Shown here one piece after another: positions 15,641 to 25,097 of a DNA stretch of 32,000 nucleotides (the stretch's first letter is position 1; each line of letters starts with the position of its first letter). The translations under genes were made by a program, and so were the position numbers. The notes under the pieces were generated by a model. The model ran no database searches, was not told the DNA's origin, and saw only the letters and a program-made list of their open reading frames with translations. The stretch is from Ignicoccus pacificus DSM 13166 (GTDB lineage: Archaea > Thermoproteota > Thermoprotei_A > Sulfolobales > Ignicoccaceae): positions 1,050,001 through 1,082,000 of the forward strand of contig CP006868.1 of the NCBI GenBank assembly GCA_025340205.1, in the 5' to 3' direction.

Positions 15641-15931
15641 TTGCTTCAGCTGGGGAGCGACGTGGAGCCCCTAACGACTATCGGATGGAGCTTAGTGATA
15701 TTAGGAGTAATCATGATGATCATAGGAGTAGTTCTAATGATCGTTTCAGCTGCCGGAGGAAAGGTAGAATGGGGAGGGGGAGCGGTGATCTTCATCGGAC
15801 CCTTCCCCATTGTAATAGGTGGAGGAAAGCTCGGATGGATAGCGATCTTAATAGCTGTCCTCTTGGCATTCATGATGATAGTACTGTTCTTCTTCCCCGT
15901 ACCAACGAAATCTCCACCTAGGACCCCTTAG
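15641..15931 (+). CDS. small multi-TM membrane protein, DUF131/TIGR00304-like
   Basis: 96 aa with two to three hydrophobic helices and a glycine-rich loop (GGKVEWGGGAVIFIGPFPIVIGGGKLGW). TTG start 11 nt after the ATPase stop; an alternative GTG start lies at 15662. Confidence 0.55.
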   Translation: MLQLGSDVEPLTTIGWSLVILGVIMMIIGVVLMIVSAAGGKVEWGGGAVIFIGPFPIVIGGGKLGWIAILIAVLLAFMMIVLFFFPVPTKSPPRTP

Positions 15932-15989
15932 CGCTTTATTGTTCACGTAAAATAGAAGCTTTTGATTCCATGATCTCCACCCTCGCCGA

Positions 15990-16916
15990 GTGATGGTGAT
16001 GAGAAGGGGAATAGCTCTCTTGCTCTTGGTCCTCGTGGCCCTCCAAGCAGCTCAGCTCGAGCTTATTTACTCCAAGATCACATTCGGTTGGCCCATATGG
16101 AAGGTGGACAGCGACTGCAAGACCTACACCATAGGCGTAACCTACATGAACTATGACGATGCCTCCTACTGCTGCGGCAAAATATATCAATTGGATGACG
16201 ACGAGGTGAGAATATTCAAGGCGACTAGCGTTAACGACGATCCCATACCTCTCGGTAAGGTGAGCTTGGATGAGGACTTCGATAAGATAGTGGCGGTGTC
16301 CGACGGATTCGTGGTCTGTAAGGATACCACTTGCGTCAGGTACTTGGACAACGGAACGGTCCTCTGGAGGGCGACTCTTCAAGGATCCGGACTGGGAGAC
16401 GCTGACCTGGAGTACGTCAGGAACGCAGTGGCGATACCTCTGGAGAAGGGAATAGTTTACTTGGATCCCGATACCGGATCCATGATATCATACGTGAGCT
16501 TTGGAAGAGAGGTGACCCACACGGCAGCTTGCGGAAGCCTCCAAGCCCTCTCATTAAAGGGAGAGCTCGGTGACAGCTTAATAGTCCTCAACTTGAGCGA
16601 TATCGAGCACCCCAAGGTAATACTTAACAGGACGAGGTCTTGGCACATAACTACCTTAGATCTCAGTCACGACTGTAGGTACTTGCTCGTAACGAGTTTG
16701 CAGAAGGTCTACGTTCTGAGGCCAACGGACGGTGAGGTCTTGGCTTCTAAAATGGCAGCTGAGGGAACATACTTCATAACTGCATCTAACATATGCAAGG
16801 TGAAAGACGACGTATACACGATAGGGGTAGTGGCTGTGGACTTGAACAGCTTGAGCTCGATAACAGACCTAGGCGGCGCTTGGGTAGCTCTGTACGGCTA
16901 TCTCCTCACCCAATAG
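15990..16916 (+). CDS. secreted Cys-containing beta-propeller-like protein (paralog P3)
   Basis: Signal-like MMVMRRGIALLLLVLVALQAAQL. DDASYCCGKIYQLDDD parallels the DVSYCC.FGFI motif, and LDLSHDCRYLLVTSLQKVYVL parallels FSSDCKYLAV. GTG at 15990 or ATG at 15993 are candidate starts. Confidence 0.65.
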   Translation: MMVMRRGIALLLLVLVALQAAQLELIYSKITFGWPIWKVDSDCKTYTIGVTYMNYDDASYCCGKIYQLDDDEVRIFKATSVNDDPIPLGKVSLDEDFDKIVAVSDGFVVCKDTTCVRYLDNGTVLWRATLQGSGLGDADLEYVRNAVAIPLEKGIVYLDPDTGSMISYVSFGREVTHTAACGSLQALSLKGELGDSLIVLNLSDIEHPKVILNRTRSWHITTLDLSHDCRYLLVTSLQKVYVLRPTDGEVLASKMAAEGTYFITASNICKVKDDVYTIGVVAVDLNSLSSITDLGGAWVALYGYLLTQ

Positions 16917-17483
16917 TTACTTTTTACAAATCCTCAAGAAGTTCTCAAATACCAGAGGACCCTTTTCCGTGTGCTGAACCTCCGGGTGGAATTGAACGCT
17001 ATAGAACGGACCGTTTTGATACTTCAAGGCTTGGACCCTGGTGAAGTCGCTGTGAGCTATTACCTTGCTGTTAGGAGGTTCCTTGATTACCTCTTCGTTG
17101 TGGCTCTCCCACGCCTTAAAGGAGGGAGCCAGCCCCTTGAGGATGTCATCCTCGTCATCAACGTAGATTACCACGTCCCCGTACTCAGGCTTGGGGGAAG
17201 GCCCTACCTCGCCCCCGTTTAGCAGTGCCAGCACTTGGTGACCCAAGCATATCCCAAGTATGGGCTTCCCTAGCTTGAGGTAGGCCTCGAGATGCTTTAC
17301 CTTTTCGAAGTCCTTGGGCATGGTTAAGGGTCCTCCGCCAAATACTATGCAGTCATAATCGAAGGGATCGGGTAAAGGCATGGTATACATTCTCAAGTCG
17401 GCCTCATGACCCAGCCTCTCAATGCTCCTCTTGATCAAGTGGTTGTACTGCCCTCCGAAGGCCACTACGAGAGCCCTTACCAC
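16917..17483 (-). CDS. guaAA: GMP synthase (glutamine-hydrolysing) subunit A, class I glutamine amidotransferase
   Basis: 188 aa, with PILGICLGHQVLA (catalytic Cys) and VQFHPEV (His/Glu). This is the split archaeal GuaA arrangement. Confidence 0.85.
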   Translation of the reverse strand: MVRALVVAFGGQYNHLIKRSIERLGHEADLRMYTMPLPDPFDYDCIVFGGGPLTMPKDFEKVKHLEAYLKLGKPILGICLGHQVLALLNGGEVGPSPKPEYGDVVIYVDDEDDILKGLAPSFKAWESHNEEVIKEPPNSKVIAHSDFTRVQALKYQNGPFYSVQFHPEVQHTEKGPLVFENFLRICKK

Positions 17484-17527
17484 TTGAACCTCCCGTGGGT
17501 GTGGGGCGAGGAGGAATAAAACTCACC

Positions 17528-18046
17528 TTATTCAACAGCCTCGAGCATCTCCTTTAACGCCCTTTCTCCATAAGCTATTAGCCATACCTCCATACCCTCG
17601 CAGACTTCCTTCAGTGCCCTCATTATCTCCTCCGTGGCCTCCCTAACGCTAAGGCCCCCTACCCCAGCTCCTAAGGCGGGAAGAGCTATTCTCTTCAGCC
17701 CCATCTCCTTGGCGAGCTCCAAGGCAGCCTTAGCCGCTAGGTAGGCGTTCCTCCTACCTATCCTCATAGCCGGCCTCTCCATTGTGGGAGCGTGAATAAC
17801 GTACTTGACCTTAAGTCTTCCTCCAGTGGTGGCTATTGCCTTCCCCACCGGAACGGGAGCTTTGGTCCTAGCCTCCCTCTCTATCTCCTCCCCTCCCTTT
17901 CTCTTTATGGCTCCAGCGACCCCTCCTCCCATGATCATCAAGCTGTTGGCCGCGTTTACTATGGCGTCTCCGTCGAACTCGGTTATGTCTCCTTCAGCGA
18001 CTACTACCTTGCACTTCCCTATCTCGAACTCCTTCACCTTTCTCAT
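17528..18046 (-). CDS. macro-domain protein (ADP-ribose / O-acetyl-ADP-ribose binding or hydrolysing, AF1521-like)
   Basis: GDITEFDGDAIVNAANSLMIMGGGVAGAIKRKGG, VIHAPT and LPALGAGVGG are canonical macro-domain motifs. Confidence 0.85.
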   Translation of the reverse strand: MRKVKEFEIGKCKVVVAEGDITEFDGDAIVNAANSLMIMGGGVAGAIKRKGGEEIEREARTKAPVPVGKAIATTGGRLKVKYVIHAPTMERPAMRIGRRNAYLAAKAALELAKEMGLKRIALPALGAGVGGLSVREATEEIMRALKEVCEGMEVWLIAYGERALKEMLEAVE

Positions 18047-18124
18047 GGCTCTCCACTAAGAGTGGGAGGTTTCCTCCACTCTAATAAGCCTTGAATGCTC
18101 CTTCGGTGCGAGGTATGAGTTAAC

Positions 18125-18523
18125 TTGAGGAACCTCTCCCCAGAGGACGTTCCGCTCTTACCGTCAAAGGAGTTCTTGCTAGAGTTCTTGCTCGATGAGG
18201 AGGACTCGCCCAGAGCACTCATAAATGCTCTAAAGGAAGAGATAGAGATGGCCAAGAAGAGACTGGAGAAAGAGCAGTTCCCTTGCAAATACGAGAACGT
18301 GGCAAGCCTCATAACTCTCTCAGCGCTACAGAATGCCTTGATAGCCATAGAGGCTCTAAAGGATTACGAGGAAGGAAAGGAGGTCGACTTGGAAAAGGCC
18401 GCCTTAGCTCTCGAGACCGTGCTAGCTCTGATAAGGGCATCCGGAACGAAAGCGCTTCCGGAAAGCGTCACAGAGATCTTAATCAAGTGCTGCAAGGAGC
18501 CTCAAGGAGGTTCCATGAAATAG
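18125..18523 (+). CDS. hypothetical alpha-helical protein
   Basis: 132 codons with a TTG start and the E/K/L-rich composition typical of this genome's coding regions. The competing antisense ORF 18043-18348 is Ser-rich low complexity. Confidence 0.45.
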   Translation: MRNLSPEDVPLLPSKEFLLEFLLDEEDSPRALINALKEEIEMAKKRLEKEQFPCKYENVASLITLSALQNALIAIEALKDYEEGKEVDLEKAALALETVLALIRASGTKALPESVTEILIKCCKEPQGGSMK

Positions 18524-18566
18524 AATTGAGAAAAGCTTTTAGCCTCTTTTCTTCCCCTCACCACGG

Positions 18567-18642
18567 AGCCGGGTCGTCTAGCGGCCAAGGATGCGGGGCT
18601 TTGGCCCCCGTGACCGGGGTTCGAATCCCCGCCCGGCTACCA
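18567..18642 (+). tRNA. tRNA-Gln (anticodon UUG) with genomically encoded CCA
   Basis: Hand-folded cloverleaf. Acceptor AGCCGGG/CCCGGCT, D arm GTCT-AGCGGCCAA-GGAT, anticodon arm CGGGG-CTTTGGC-CCCCG (TTG at positions 34-36), T arm CGGGG-TTCGAAT-CCCCG, discriminator A, then CCA. An AT-rich aaagcttttag lies ~25-30 nt upstream. Confidence 0.9.
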
Positions 18643-19146
18643 CGACCTTCCCTTCACGTACAAGAATAAGGTGTGATACATGTGCTCGTCCTCCAACCTA
18701 ACTACCTTCACCGGCTTCCAGTGAGCCATAGGATATTCGTGGCTCACTACCCTGACTCCTTCCTTTAACTCTCTCTCCAGCTTGGGTCGCAACATCTCCA
18801 TTAGATCTGGGAGCAAGAACATGGTAACTACGGTTGCCTCGGAAACGGGAATTTCAAGGACGTCTCCTTTGATGATTTCCACTCTCCCCTCTAAGCCCTT
18901 CTTCTTTACTTCCTCTTTAGCTATCTGTACCAAGTCGGAGCGTATCTCTATTCCAACCGCTTTCTTGGCTCCGAACTCCTCTACAGCAATTATCGGGATC
19001 CTCCCGTCCCCAGAGCCTAAGTCGTAGACCACGTCCTCTGGACCTACCTTGGCTAATTCAAGCATCGCCTTTGCGACGTGTCTTGGAGTGGGAACGTAGG
19101 GCACGCTGAAGCCCAGCTCCGGGAAAGGGATGCTCACAAACTCCAA
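18637..19146 (-). CDS. aKMT: small class I SAM-dependent methyltransferase, crenarchaeal protein-lysine methyltransferase (aKMT)-like
   Basis: VPYVPTPRHVAKAMLELAKV, VVYDLGSGDGRI (motif I), EATVVTMFLLP and VVSHEY closely resemble my recollection of Sulfolobus aKMT. The start is uncertain: TTG 19146, GTG 19137 or GTG 19104. Confidence 0.7.
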   Translation of the reverse strand: MEFVSIPFPELGFSVPYVPTPRHVAKAMLELAKVGPEDVVYDLGSGDGRIPIIAVEEFGAKKAVGIEIRSDLVQIAKEEVKKKGLEGRVEIIKGDVLEIPVSEATVVTMFLLPDLMEMLRPKLERELKEGVRVVSHEYPMAHWKPVKVVRLEDEHMYHTLFLYVKGRSW

Positions 19147-19182
19147 TATCCCGCCCCCATTAGGCCCACGGTGGAAGGAGTT

Positions 19183-19473
19183 ATGAGAGAAGCAGCGGAA
19201 CTTCTAAAAAGTAGAATAAAGGAGGGAAAGGTAATCTGTGAGTTCACGGGAGACTGCTACATCTGTTACTTGAAGAAAGGAAGCGATTGGTTCATCGTAG
19301 CCATCTCACACGGTAAGAGCCTTTACGCAAAGATAGTACCCTATGGGAAGTTTCCAATTATTGAGAACTGCGAGGGAGTTCTGGTAGCTCCCAACGGTCT
19401 CTTCGCATTTGGAGAAAACGAGGAGAAATTGGTAGAGGAGATATTGAAGAAATTAGAAATTATAAAGAAATAA
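19183..19473 (+). CDS. hypothetical protein
   Basis: ATG at 19183 is preceded by ggaaggag. 96 aa (MREAAELLKSRIKEGKV...). The longer track ORF from 19078 would overlap the methyltransferase. Confidence 0.5.
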   Translation: MREAAELLKSRIKEGKVICEFTGDCYICYLKKGSDWFIVAISHGKSLYAKIVPYGKFPIIENCEGVLVAPNGLFAFGENEEKLVEEILKKLEIIKK

Positions 19474-19478
19474 GGTTT

Positions 19479-21944
19479 TTACTTTCCTAGCTTCTCCTCG
19501 AGCTCCGCTAGCCTCCTCAGCATTACCTTCCTCTCGACTCCGGCCACCATGTACCTAGTCCTTATTACAGCGTCAGGGTTGACGCTTATGCTGTCTATTC
19601 CTGCCTTCACCAAGAACTCCACCAGCTCTGGATAGACGCTAGGTCCTTGTCCGCAGATGCTGACGGTCCTTCCGTACTTGTGGGCGGTCTTGATGAGCAT
19701 CTCTATGGCCTTTAGAACTGCAGGATCCCTCTCGTCGAAGTAGCCCATCCTGGCGAGCAAGTCGCTGTCTCTGTCAGCTCCTAGCACGAGCTGGGTCAAG
19801 TCGTTGCTTCCTATGCTAAATCCGTCCACCAGCTGGGAGAACTGATCAGCTAGGAGGACCACGCTGGGCACCTCGGCCATTATCCATACCTTGAAGTCCC
19901 TGTTCCTCTCCAAGCCCTCATCCTTCATTATGTTCAGTACCTTCTCTACCTCCCAAGTGGTCCTCACGAAGGGTAGCATTACCCACACGTTCTTCAGACC
20001 GAACTCCTCTCTCACCTTCTTGATAGCCCTTAGCTCCAGCCTGAACGCCGGCTCGTACTTGGGACTGATGTACCTAGACACTCCCCTCCATCCGAGCATC
20101 GGGTTCCTCTCTTCGGGCTCGAACTCCTCTCCTCCCTTGAGTCCCCTGTACTCGTTGCTCTTGAAGTCGCTGAACCTTACCACTACGGGCCTTGGATAGA
20201 TAGCAGAAGCGACCTTGGCTATTCCATCTGCCAGCTTGTTGATGAAGTAGGTCTCCTTACCCTGCTTGATTAGGTAGAGCGGGTGGTAGCCGATCCAGTC
20301 GGTAATTATGAACTCTATCCTCATTAGTCCTATTCCGTCGAAGGGCAAGTCCTTGTAGCGGTCGATGGCGTTGGGCTCTCCCAAGTTCATGTAGATCTTG
20401 GTTCCAGTAGCGGGGAAGAGGAACCTCAGCTCTTCCGCTGGCAATCCAATTCCTCCTCCAGCAGCCTCCTTCTTCTCCTCCTTCTCTCCTCCGAGCCTTA
20501 CCTTGCCCTTGTACACAACTCCTCTGTATCCGTCTACGGTTACCACCATTCCGCTCTGGATCTTCTTAGTGGCCTCCTTAGTTCCGACCACTGCCGGAAT
20601 TCCCAACTCTCTGGAGACTATTGCAGCGTGGGAGGTCATTCCTCCCTCGTCAGTGACGATCGCAGAGGCCTTTCTCATCAAGGGTACCCAGTCGGGGTCG
20701 GTCATCTTGGTTACCAGCACGTCTCCTTCGTTGAACTTGTCCGCATCTTTCTTGGGGTCGAACAGGACCTTAGCGACGCCAACCCCTATTCCGGGAGAAG
20801 CAGGGAGACCCCTAACTAGGACCTCCGCCTCCACGTGCTCAACCTCTTCTTCCTCCTCCGGCCTCACTTTTACTTCTTTCCTTGCACTCCACACGGTCTC
20901 GGGCCTTGCTTGTAGCATGAACACGTTCTTGGGGAACTCTATGTCCTTGTCTATCGCCCACTCTATGTCCATAGGCCTTCCGTAGTGGTCCTCTACCCTA
21001 ACTCCCATCTTGGCGACAGCGAATACCTCGCGGTCGCTTAGAGCCGGAGCCTTGGCCTTCTCCTCGGGAAGCTCCACCTCTACGGTTCCTCCCTTCTCAG
21101 GGTCGTAGAGTATAGCTATCTTCTTCTCAGCTATGTGCTTCTCCAAGATCATCCTCTTGAGGTCCTCCTCGCTCACCTCAGTGGGATCCTTGTCCATCAA
21201 CTCCTTGACCACGTTCTTGTCAACTATGTAGGTGTCGGGGGTCACCTTTCCTCCCACTACGGCCTCTCCGAGGCCCCAGGAGGCCTCTATGGTGATCTTG
21301 TCGCTGTCGCCGTTCCTTACATCAAGGGTGAACATCACTCCGGCCTTGTCGGCGTTCACCATCTTCTGCACTACGGTAGCCATTGCTACGTTCTCGTGAG
21401 GTATGCCCTTGCTGACCCTGTAGGCGATAGCTCTGGCATTGAAGAGGGAGGCCCAGCACTTCTTGACGTGCTCCACTACGGAGTCCTCGCCCACCACGTT
21501 GAGGTAGGTGTCTTGCTGGCCGGCGAAGGAGGCGTCGGGGAGGTCCTCAGCGGTCGCGGAGGACCTTACCGCCACGTGAAGCTTGTCGGGCTCTACCCCG
21601 ACCCTCTTGGCTAACTCTCTGTAAGCCTCCCTTATCGCCTTCTCTATGTACTCTGGCATGGGAGTTTCGAGGATAAGCTTCTTTATCTCCTCAGCCTTCT
21701 TCTCCAAAAGATCCACGTTGCTTACGTCTATGCCCTTCAACATCTCGTTGATCTTGTCCAAAATGCCGGTCTCAGTTACGAACTTCCTGTAAGCGGTGGA
21801 GGAGACGACGAAGCCGGGAGGTACGGGGATCCCGGCCCTTACCATCTCTCCTAGGTTAGCTCCCTTTCCTCCGGCCAAGGGAATGTCGTCCTTTCCTATC
21901 TCTTCAAACCACAAGATTATCTTGCTGGCCTTATCTTCAGCCAT
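19479..21944 (-). CDS. ppsA: phosphoenolpyruvate synthase (pyruvate, water dikinase)
   Basis: 821 aa. ATP-grasp N-domain ([10 protein letters not shown]), phosphohistidine swivel domain ([24 protein letters not shown]) and PEP-utiliser C-domain ([19 protein letters not shown]). Confidence 0.95.
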   Translation of the reverse strand: MAEDKASKIILWFEEIGKDDIPLAGGKGANLGEMVRAGIPVPPGFVVSSTAYRKFVTETGILDKINEMLKGIDVSNVDLLEKKAEEIKKLILETPMPEYIEKAIREAYRELAKRVGVEPDKLHVAVRSSATAEDLPDASFAGQQDTYLNVVGEDSVVEHVKKCWASLFNARAIAYRVSKGIPHENVAMATVVQKMVNADKAGVMFTLDVRNGDSDKITIEASWGLGEAVVGGKVTPDTYIVDKNVVKELMDKDPTEVSEEDLKRMILEKHIAEKKIAILYDPEKGGTVEVELPEEKAKAPALSDREVFAVAKMGVRVEDHYGRPMDIEWAIDKDIEFPKNVFMLQARPETVWSARKEVKVRPEEEEEVEHVEAEVLVRGLPASPGIGVGVAKVLFDPKKDADKFNEGDVLVTKMTDPDWVPLMRKASAIVTDEGGMTSHAAIVSRELGIPAVVGTKEATKKIQSGMVVTVDGYRGVVYKGKVRLGGEKEEKKEAAGGGIGLPAEELRFLFPATGTKIYMNLGEPNAIDRYKDLPFDGIGLMRIEFIITDWIGYHPLYLIKQGKETYFINKLADGIAKVASAIYPRPVVVRFSDFKSNEYRGLKGGEEFEPEERNPMLGWRGVSRYISPKYEPAFRLELRAIKKVREEFGLKNVWVMLPFVRTTWEVEKVLNIMKDEGLERNRDFKVWIMAEVPSVVLLADQFSQLVDGFSIGSNDLTQLVLGADRDSDLLARMGYFDERDPAVLKAIEMLIKTAHKYGRTVSICGQGPSVYPELVEFLVKAGIDSISVNPDAVIRTRYMVAGVERKVMLRRLAELEEKLGK

Positions 21945-22011
21945 AAGGGTACCCCCGCAGACGTAGGGTCAGTTTACCTTTAAGGTTTATGCATGATAAT
22001 ACCGTATATAC

Positions 22012-23130
22012 TCAAAGGGATCTCTTGCTTAGCATTAAGGAATAGGAGGAGAGCAAGCTTATTCCAGCTGCTACCACGAACGTCCATCCTCCTCCCATTC
22101 CCATGGCCTCGAACGCTTTGTACAAGCTCGATCCTATTATTGGTCCTACGGCGTTTCCTATACCGAACAAGGTCTGCCTCATTCCAAAGTGCTTAGCGTT
22201 GGCCCCCATCTCTCCTTGTGCGGCTTTGGATATGGACACCGAGGTAACTGCTGTTAGTCTGTTCAACGTGAGAAATAGCACTAGGAGGTAATAATCCCTT
22301 ATGAAACCTATCACGGCTATGAAGAAGGCTTGGAGGGCCTTCAGCTGTGCACTCATCTTGAGCTTTCCCTCAGTCCCTCGAAGATCGGCCTTCGACGCTA
22401 TGAAGTAGGAGAAAACTAGCACGATCAGTCCGGGAACAGCCATAGCTGTTGAGAAGGCCTTGGGGGAGGCCGTTATGTACTGAATTATATAGGTAGGGAT
22501 GATAGGAACTCTCATTCCTAAGGATAAACCATTCAGAAACGCGCTGAAGTAAATGAACTTCATCGCCTTCGATGGCACCCTTGGGCCTCCGGAAGTGGTC
22601 TTTGCCGGAACTAGGAATGGAATGGTAGAAAATAGCACCGCGGAGATTAGAATCGGATTCCTCACTCCAGAAGAGGTCATACTAACTATGGCGAAGCCTC
22701 CCATTAGGTTTCCTAGCGAGAAGCCCAAGTTAGAGGAGATGTTGAGGAGAGTCATGCCCCTTGCTCCGCCACCTTTCTTTATTACGGAGCTCTCCAAGTG
22801 GGGCCATATCGTCCCGGAGCCTAAGCCTTGGAGGACTCTGAAGGCGAGCAAGGTAGGGTAGTTAGGGGCTAGGTACATTCCTAGGGCGCTGACTGCTAAC
22901 AAGGACGCTCCTAGAGAAGGCTTTACCTTATATGAGAACCACGAGGAAAAGGTTCTGGCCAACATGAAGGAGGTTCCAAGCAAGCCTAGGTCAACTACCA
23001 CCCTCTGGGCCGGGAGGGTCTTCCCGGGAACTAAGAGGCCTTTGAAGGCAAGGAGAATGTAGGGCAAGGCGATTGATATCATTGACATGCCAGATGCCAT
23101 CAGAAAGGCGGCAGCTGCCTCTTTCTTCAC
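22012..23130 (-). CDS. major facilitator superfamily transporter
   Basis: 372 aa with ~10-12 hydrophobic segments and an MFS-like loop motif (FRVLQGLGSG). Confidence 0.7.
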   Translation of the reverse strand: MKKEAAAAFLMASGMSMISIALPYILLAFKGLLVPGKTLPAQRVVVDLGLLGTSFMLARTFSSWFSYKVKPSLGASLLAVSALGMYLAPNYPTLLAFRVLQGLGSGTIWPHLESSVIKKGGGARGMTLLNISSNLGFSLGNLMGGFAIVSMTSSGVRNPILISAVLFSTIPFLVPAKTTSGGPRVPSKAMKFIYFSAFLNGLSLGMRVPIIPTYIIQYITASPKAFSTAMAVPGLIVLVFSYFIASKADLRGTEGKLKMSAQLKALQAFFIAVIGFIRDYYLLVLFLTLNRLTAVTSVSISKAAQGEMGANAKHFGMRQTLFGIGNAVGPIIGSSLYKAFEAMGMGGGWTFVVAAGISLLSSYSLMLSKRSL

Positions 23131-23172
23131 TCCCTCTTACCGCATCCAGCCTTAAAGGAACGAAAAATAAAG

Positions 23173-24705
23173 TCACTTCTTGGTCTTTACTAGCTCCTTT
23201 ACCAACTTCTCTAACTCATTGAGCTCCTTCTTTAACTTCTCAATCTTCTGAAGTACTTGCTGCAAGGTAACTTCTCCCTTCGTGACGTTCTTGGTGGGTA
23301 TTCCAGACTTCAGTTCGAAGAGCAAGCTCTCAGCAGTTACCTTACCCTTTACTGGGAAACTCTTCACCGTTCCAGATGTCGCGTTGAGGAAGTCGACGCT
23401 GACCAAGCCTCTCGAGTCTGCAGTAGTTATGGTTACTTTCCACATTAGGGTGTGGTTGAAGTAGGAGGGCATAGGTTCTTGAATTAGCAGCTGATCCCAA
23501 GCCCAGTTGGGATGAGCCTTCATCACGTAGCTCTGTACTTTAGATATTCCTATTTCAGGTCTCTTGAACTTGTAGATGTAGATCTTGGGGGCCGTGGACA
23601 TAGCATCAACCAGTATGAGCATGTAAGCGGAGTAGGTGTTTCCAGGAGGCTCCGCTACGAAAGTCCACCAAGGATGACCGTTCTTATCAAGGAGCAAATA
23701 AGGCTGGGGGTTATCTCCGACGTCTCTTATGACAAAGGTGTTGTGGTAGAAGACCGCTTGGACCCAGTTCTTCAACCTAAGGCACTCCACCCACTTCCTA
23801 GCTACCTCCTCCGGGAGCACCGGGACGTGAAGCCTCGCCACCTCTTGAGGACTCACCGACTTTATGGTCCCGTTTGGATAGACAATGAAGTACTTCTCGA
23901 TAACCGGTAGAGCACCGGGGAACCTCATCTCGTACCTAACCACGGGGACCACTTGGAGGACCTTTCCATTATGGAGAACATCTGCCACGTCTTGCCAGAG
24001 CACCTCCTTCCCGAAGGCTCCCCTAATGGTGAGCTCGAAAGCCAAGGTATCCGCTAAGAGCGGGGTTAGCTTTATGTTGTGTAATCCCCACTCTATCCTC
24101 TGCTTCACTATCTTCACTTCTGGAGGATACACATCTCCGTAGATGAAGACGGCTCCTACGGGAGTCCTAGTGATCTCGTTCAGGAAGCCCTCCGGCTCTA
24201 TGAGCCAGTTGTAGACGGGTCTCTTTCCGATGTAATACAGATAGCTCTCGTCGAAGTATATGGTGTGGGTAGGTATCTGTATCCTGTCGGAGGCGTAGGC
24301 ATAGGCGGTCGGCAAGGGAATGAGTCTGTAGATTCCGTAGAGCTCGGGCATCTTGTTGAGGTAAACTACTTGGAGGCTTTGTGCCACAGCGGACTTGGCG
24401 AGAATGTCCACGAATGGTATTATGAAGAGTGGGGAGATGAGGACGATCATAGCTAGCGTGAACAGCCCTCCGCTCTCAGCATCTATCGACTTGAAGATCA
24501 ACAACATGGCTATTATGAAAGCAACTAACGCTATTACGAACGAACCGGGATTTGCGGAGATCCAGAGGACGAGGCCGCTAAGGGGAAGGACGAACCAACC
24601 GCTCCAATATCCTATTATGAGGATGAGAGGCAATATGAATGCTATTAACCTTATTCTGAAGTTTATCTTACTTAGATTTATTTTTATTTCTTCTTCTTCG
24701 GTCAT
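23173..24705 (-). CDS. membrane protein with a large extracytoplasmic domain and a C-terminal coiled coil, function unknown
   Basis: 510 aa. About four N-terminal TM helices, a ~330 aa soluble region, and a terminal LQQVLQKIEKLKKELNELEKLVKELVKTKK. Confidence 0.6.
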   Translation of the reverse strand: MTEEEEIKINLSKINFRIRLIAFILPLILIIGYWSGWFVLPLSGLVLWISANPGSFVIALVAFIIAMLLIFKSIDAESGGLFTLAMIVLISPLFIIPFVDILAKSAVAQSLQVVYLNKMPELYGIYRLIPLPTAYAYASDRIQIPTHTIYFDESYLYYIGKRPVYNWLIEPEGFLNEITRTPVGAVFIYGDVYPPEVKIVKQRIEWGLHNIKLTPLLADTLAFELTIRGAFGKEVLWQDVADVLHNGKVLQVVPVVRYEMRFPGALPVIEKYFIVYPNGTIKSVSPQEVARLHVPVLPEEVARKWVECLRLKNWVQAVFYHNTFVIRDVGDNPQPYLLLDKNGHPWWTFVAEPPGNTYSAYMLILVDAMSTAPKIYIYKFKRPEIGISKVQSYVMKAHPNWAWDQLLIQEPMPSYFNHTLMWKVTITTADSRGLVSVDFLNATSGTVKSFPVKGKVTAESLLFELKSGIPTKNVTKGEVTLQQVLQKIEKLKKELNELEKLVKELVKTKK

Positions 24706-24812
24706 TCCAAATCCCTACGAGCTCGCGTGTGGAGACCTCGATAATAAGCCTGAGGCTCTATAGCGAAAATTCCAAGCGTTCGAACAAGGGTTATTTACGT
24801 GCCCTAATGGTC

Positions 24813-25014
24813 CTAGCCGGAGTCAGGGGATGAAGTGTGACTCCAATTCAGAAGGGTGAAGAGTTTCCGCCCCTCCTGACCCTCAAGTTCCTTTGTGACC
24901 CACTATTGCCGGAGCGTTGACTACCGTTAGGAAGCCTCCCCTAACCGAGTAGCTCGAGAGGACGAAGGCGTAGTCCTCAAAGAACGGTAACTTAGATTTG
25001 AGTTCCTTAGGCAT
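24813..25014 (-). pseudogene. eroded 5' fragment of a DUF655-like (OB-fold/HhH) gene
   Basis: ATG 25014 has a gaggag RBS and an AT-rich box upstream. It encodes MPKELKSKLPFFEDYAFVLSSYSVRGGFLTVVNAPAIVGHKGT, then stops. The next frame continues as EGQEGRKLFTLLNWSHTSSPDSG, then stops. EDYAFVL and FTLL resemble the EEYAYVLDYLP...FTLLE N-terminus I recall for DUF655. The remainder of the gene is absent. Confidence 0.35.
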
Positions 25015-25097
25015 TTCCGTCTCCTCAAGGTTTTATTAATTAGTTAATTAGAAATCTTTTAAATCAACATTTGAGATGAATTCTCTTTGGATATTAT

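Noticed and set aside
14453-16382. Antisense ORFs of 132, 75, 78 and 148 aa over the ATPase, DUF131-like and P3 genes
   Set aside because: They have low-complexity S/P-rich or H/V-rich translations, each fully contained in a better-supported gene on the other strand or frame.
19891-21614. Plus-strand ORFs of 102, 195, 63 and 159 aa
   Set aside because: They are antisense to ppsA, which is unambiguous. GC-rich genes commonly leave long open antisense frames.
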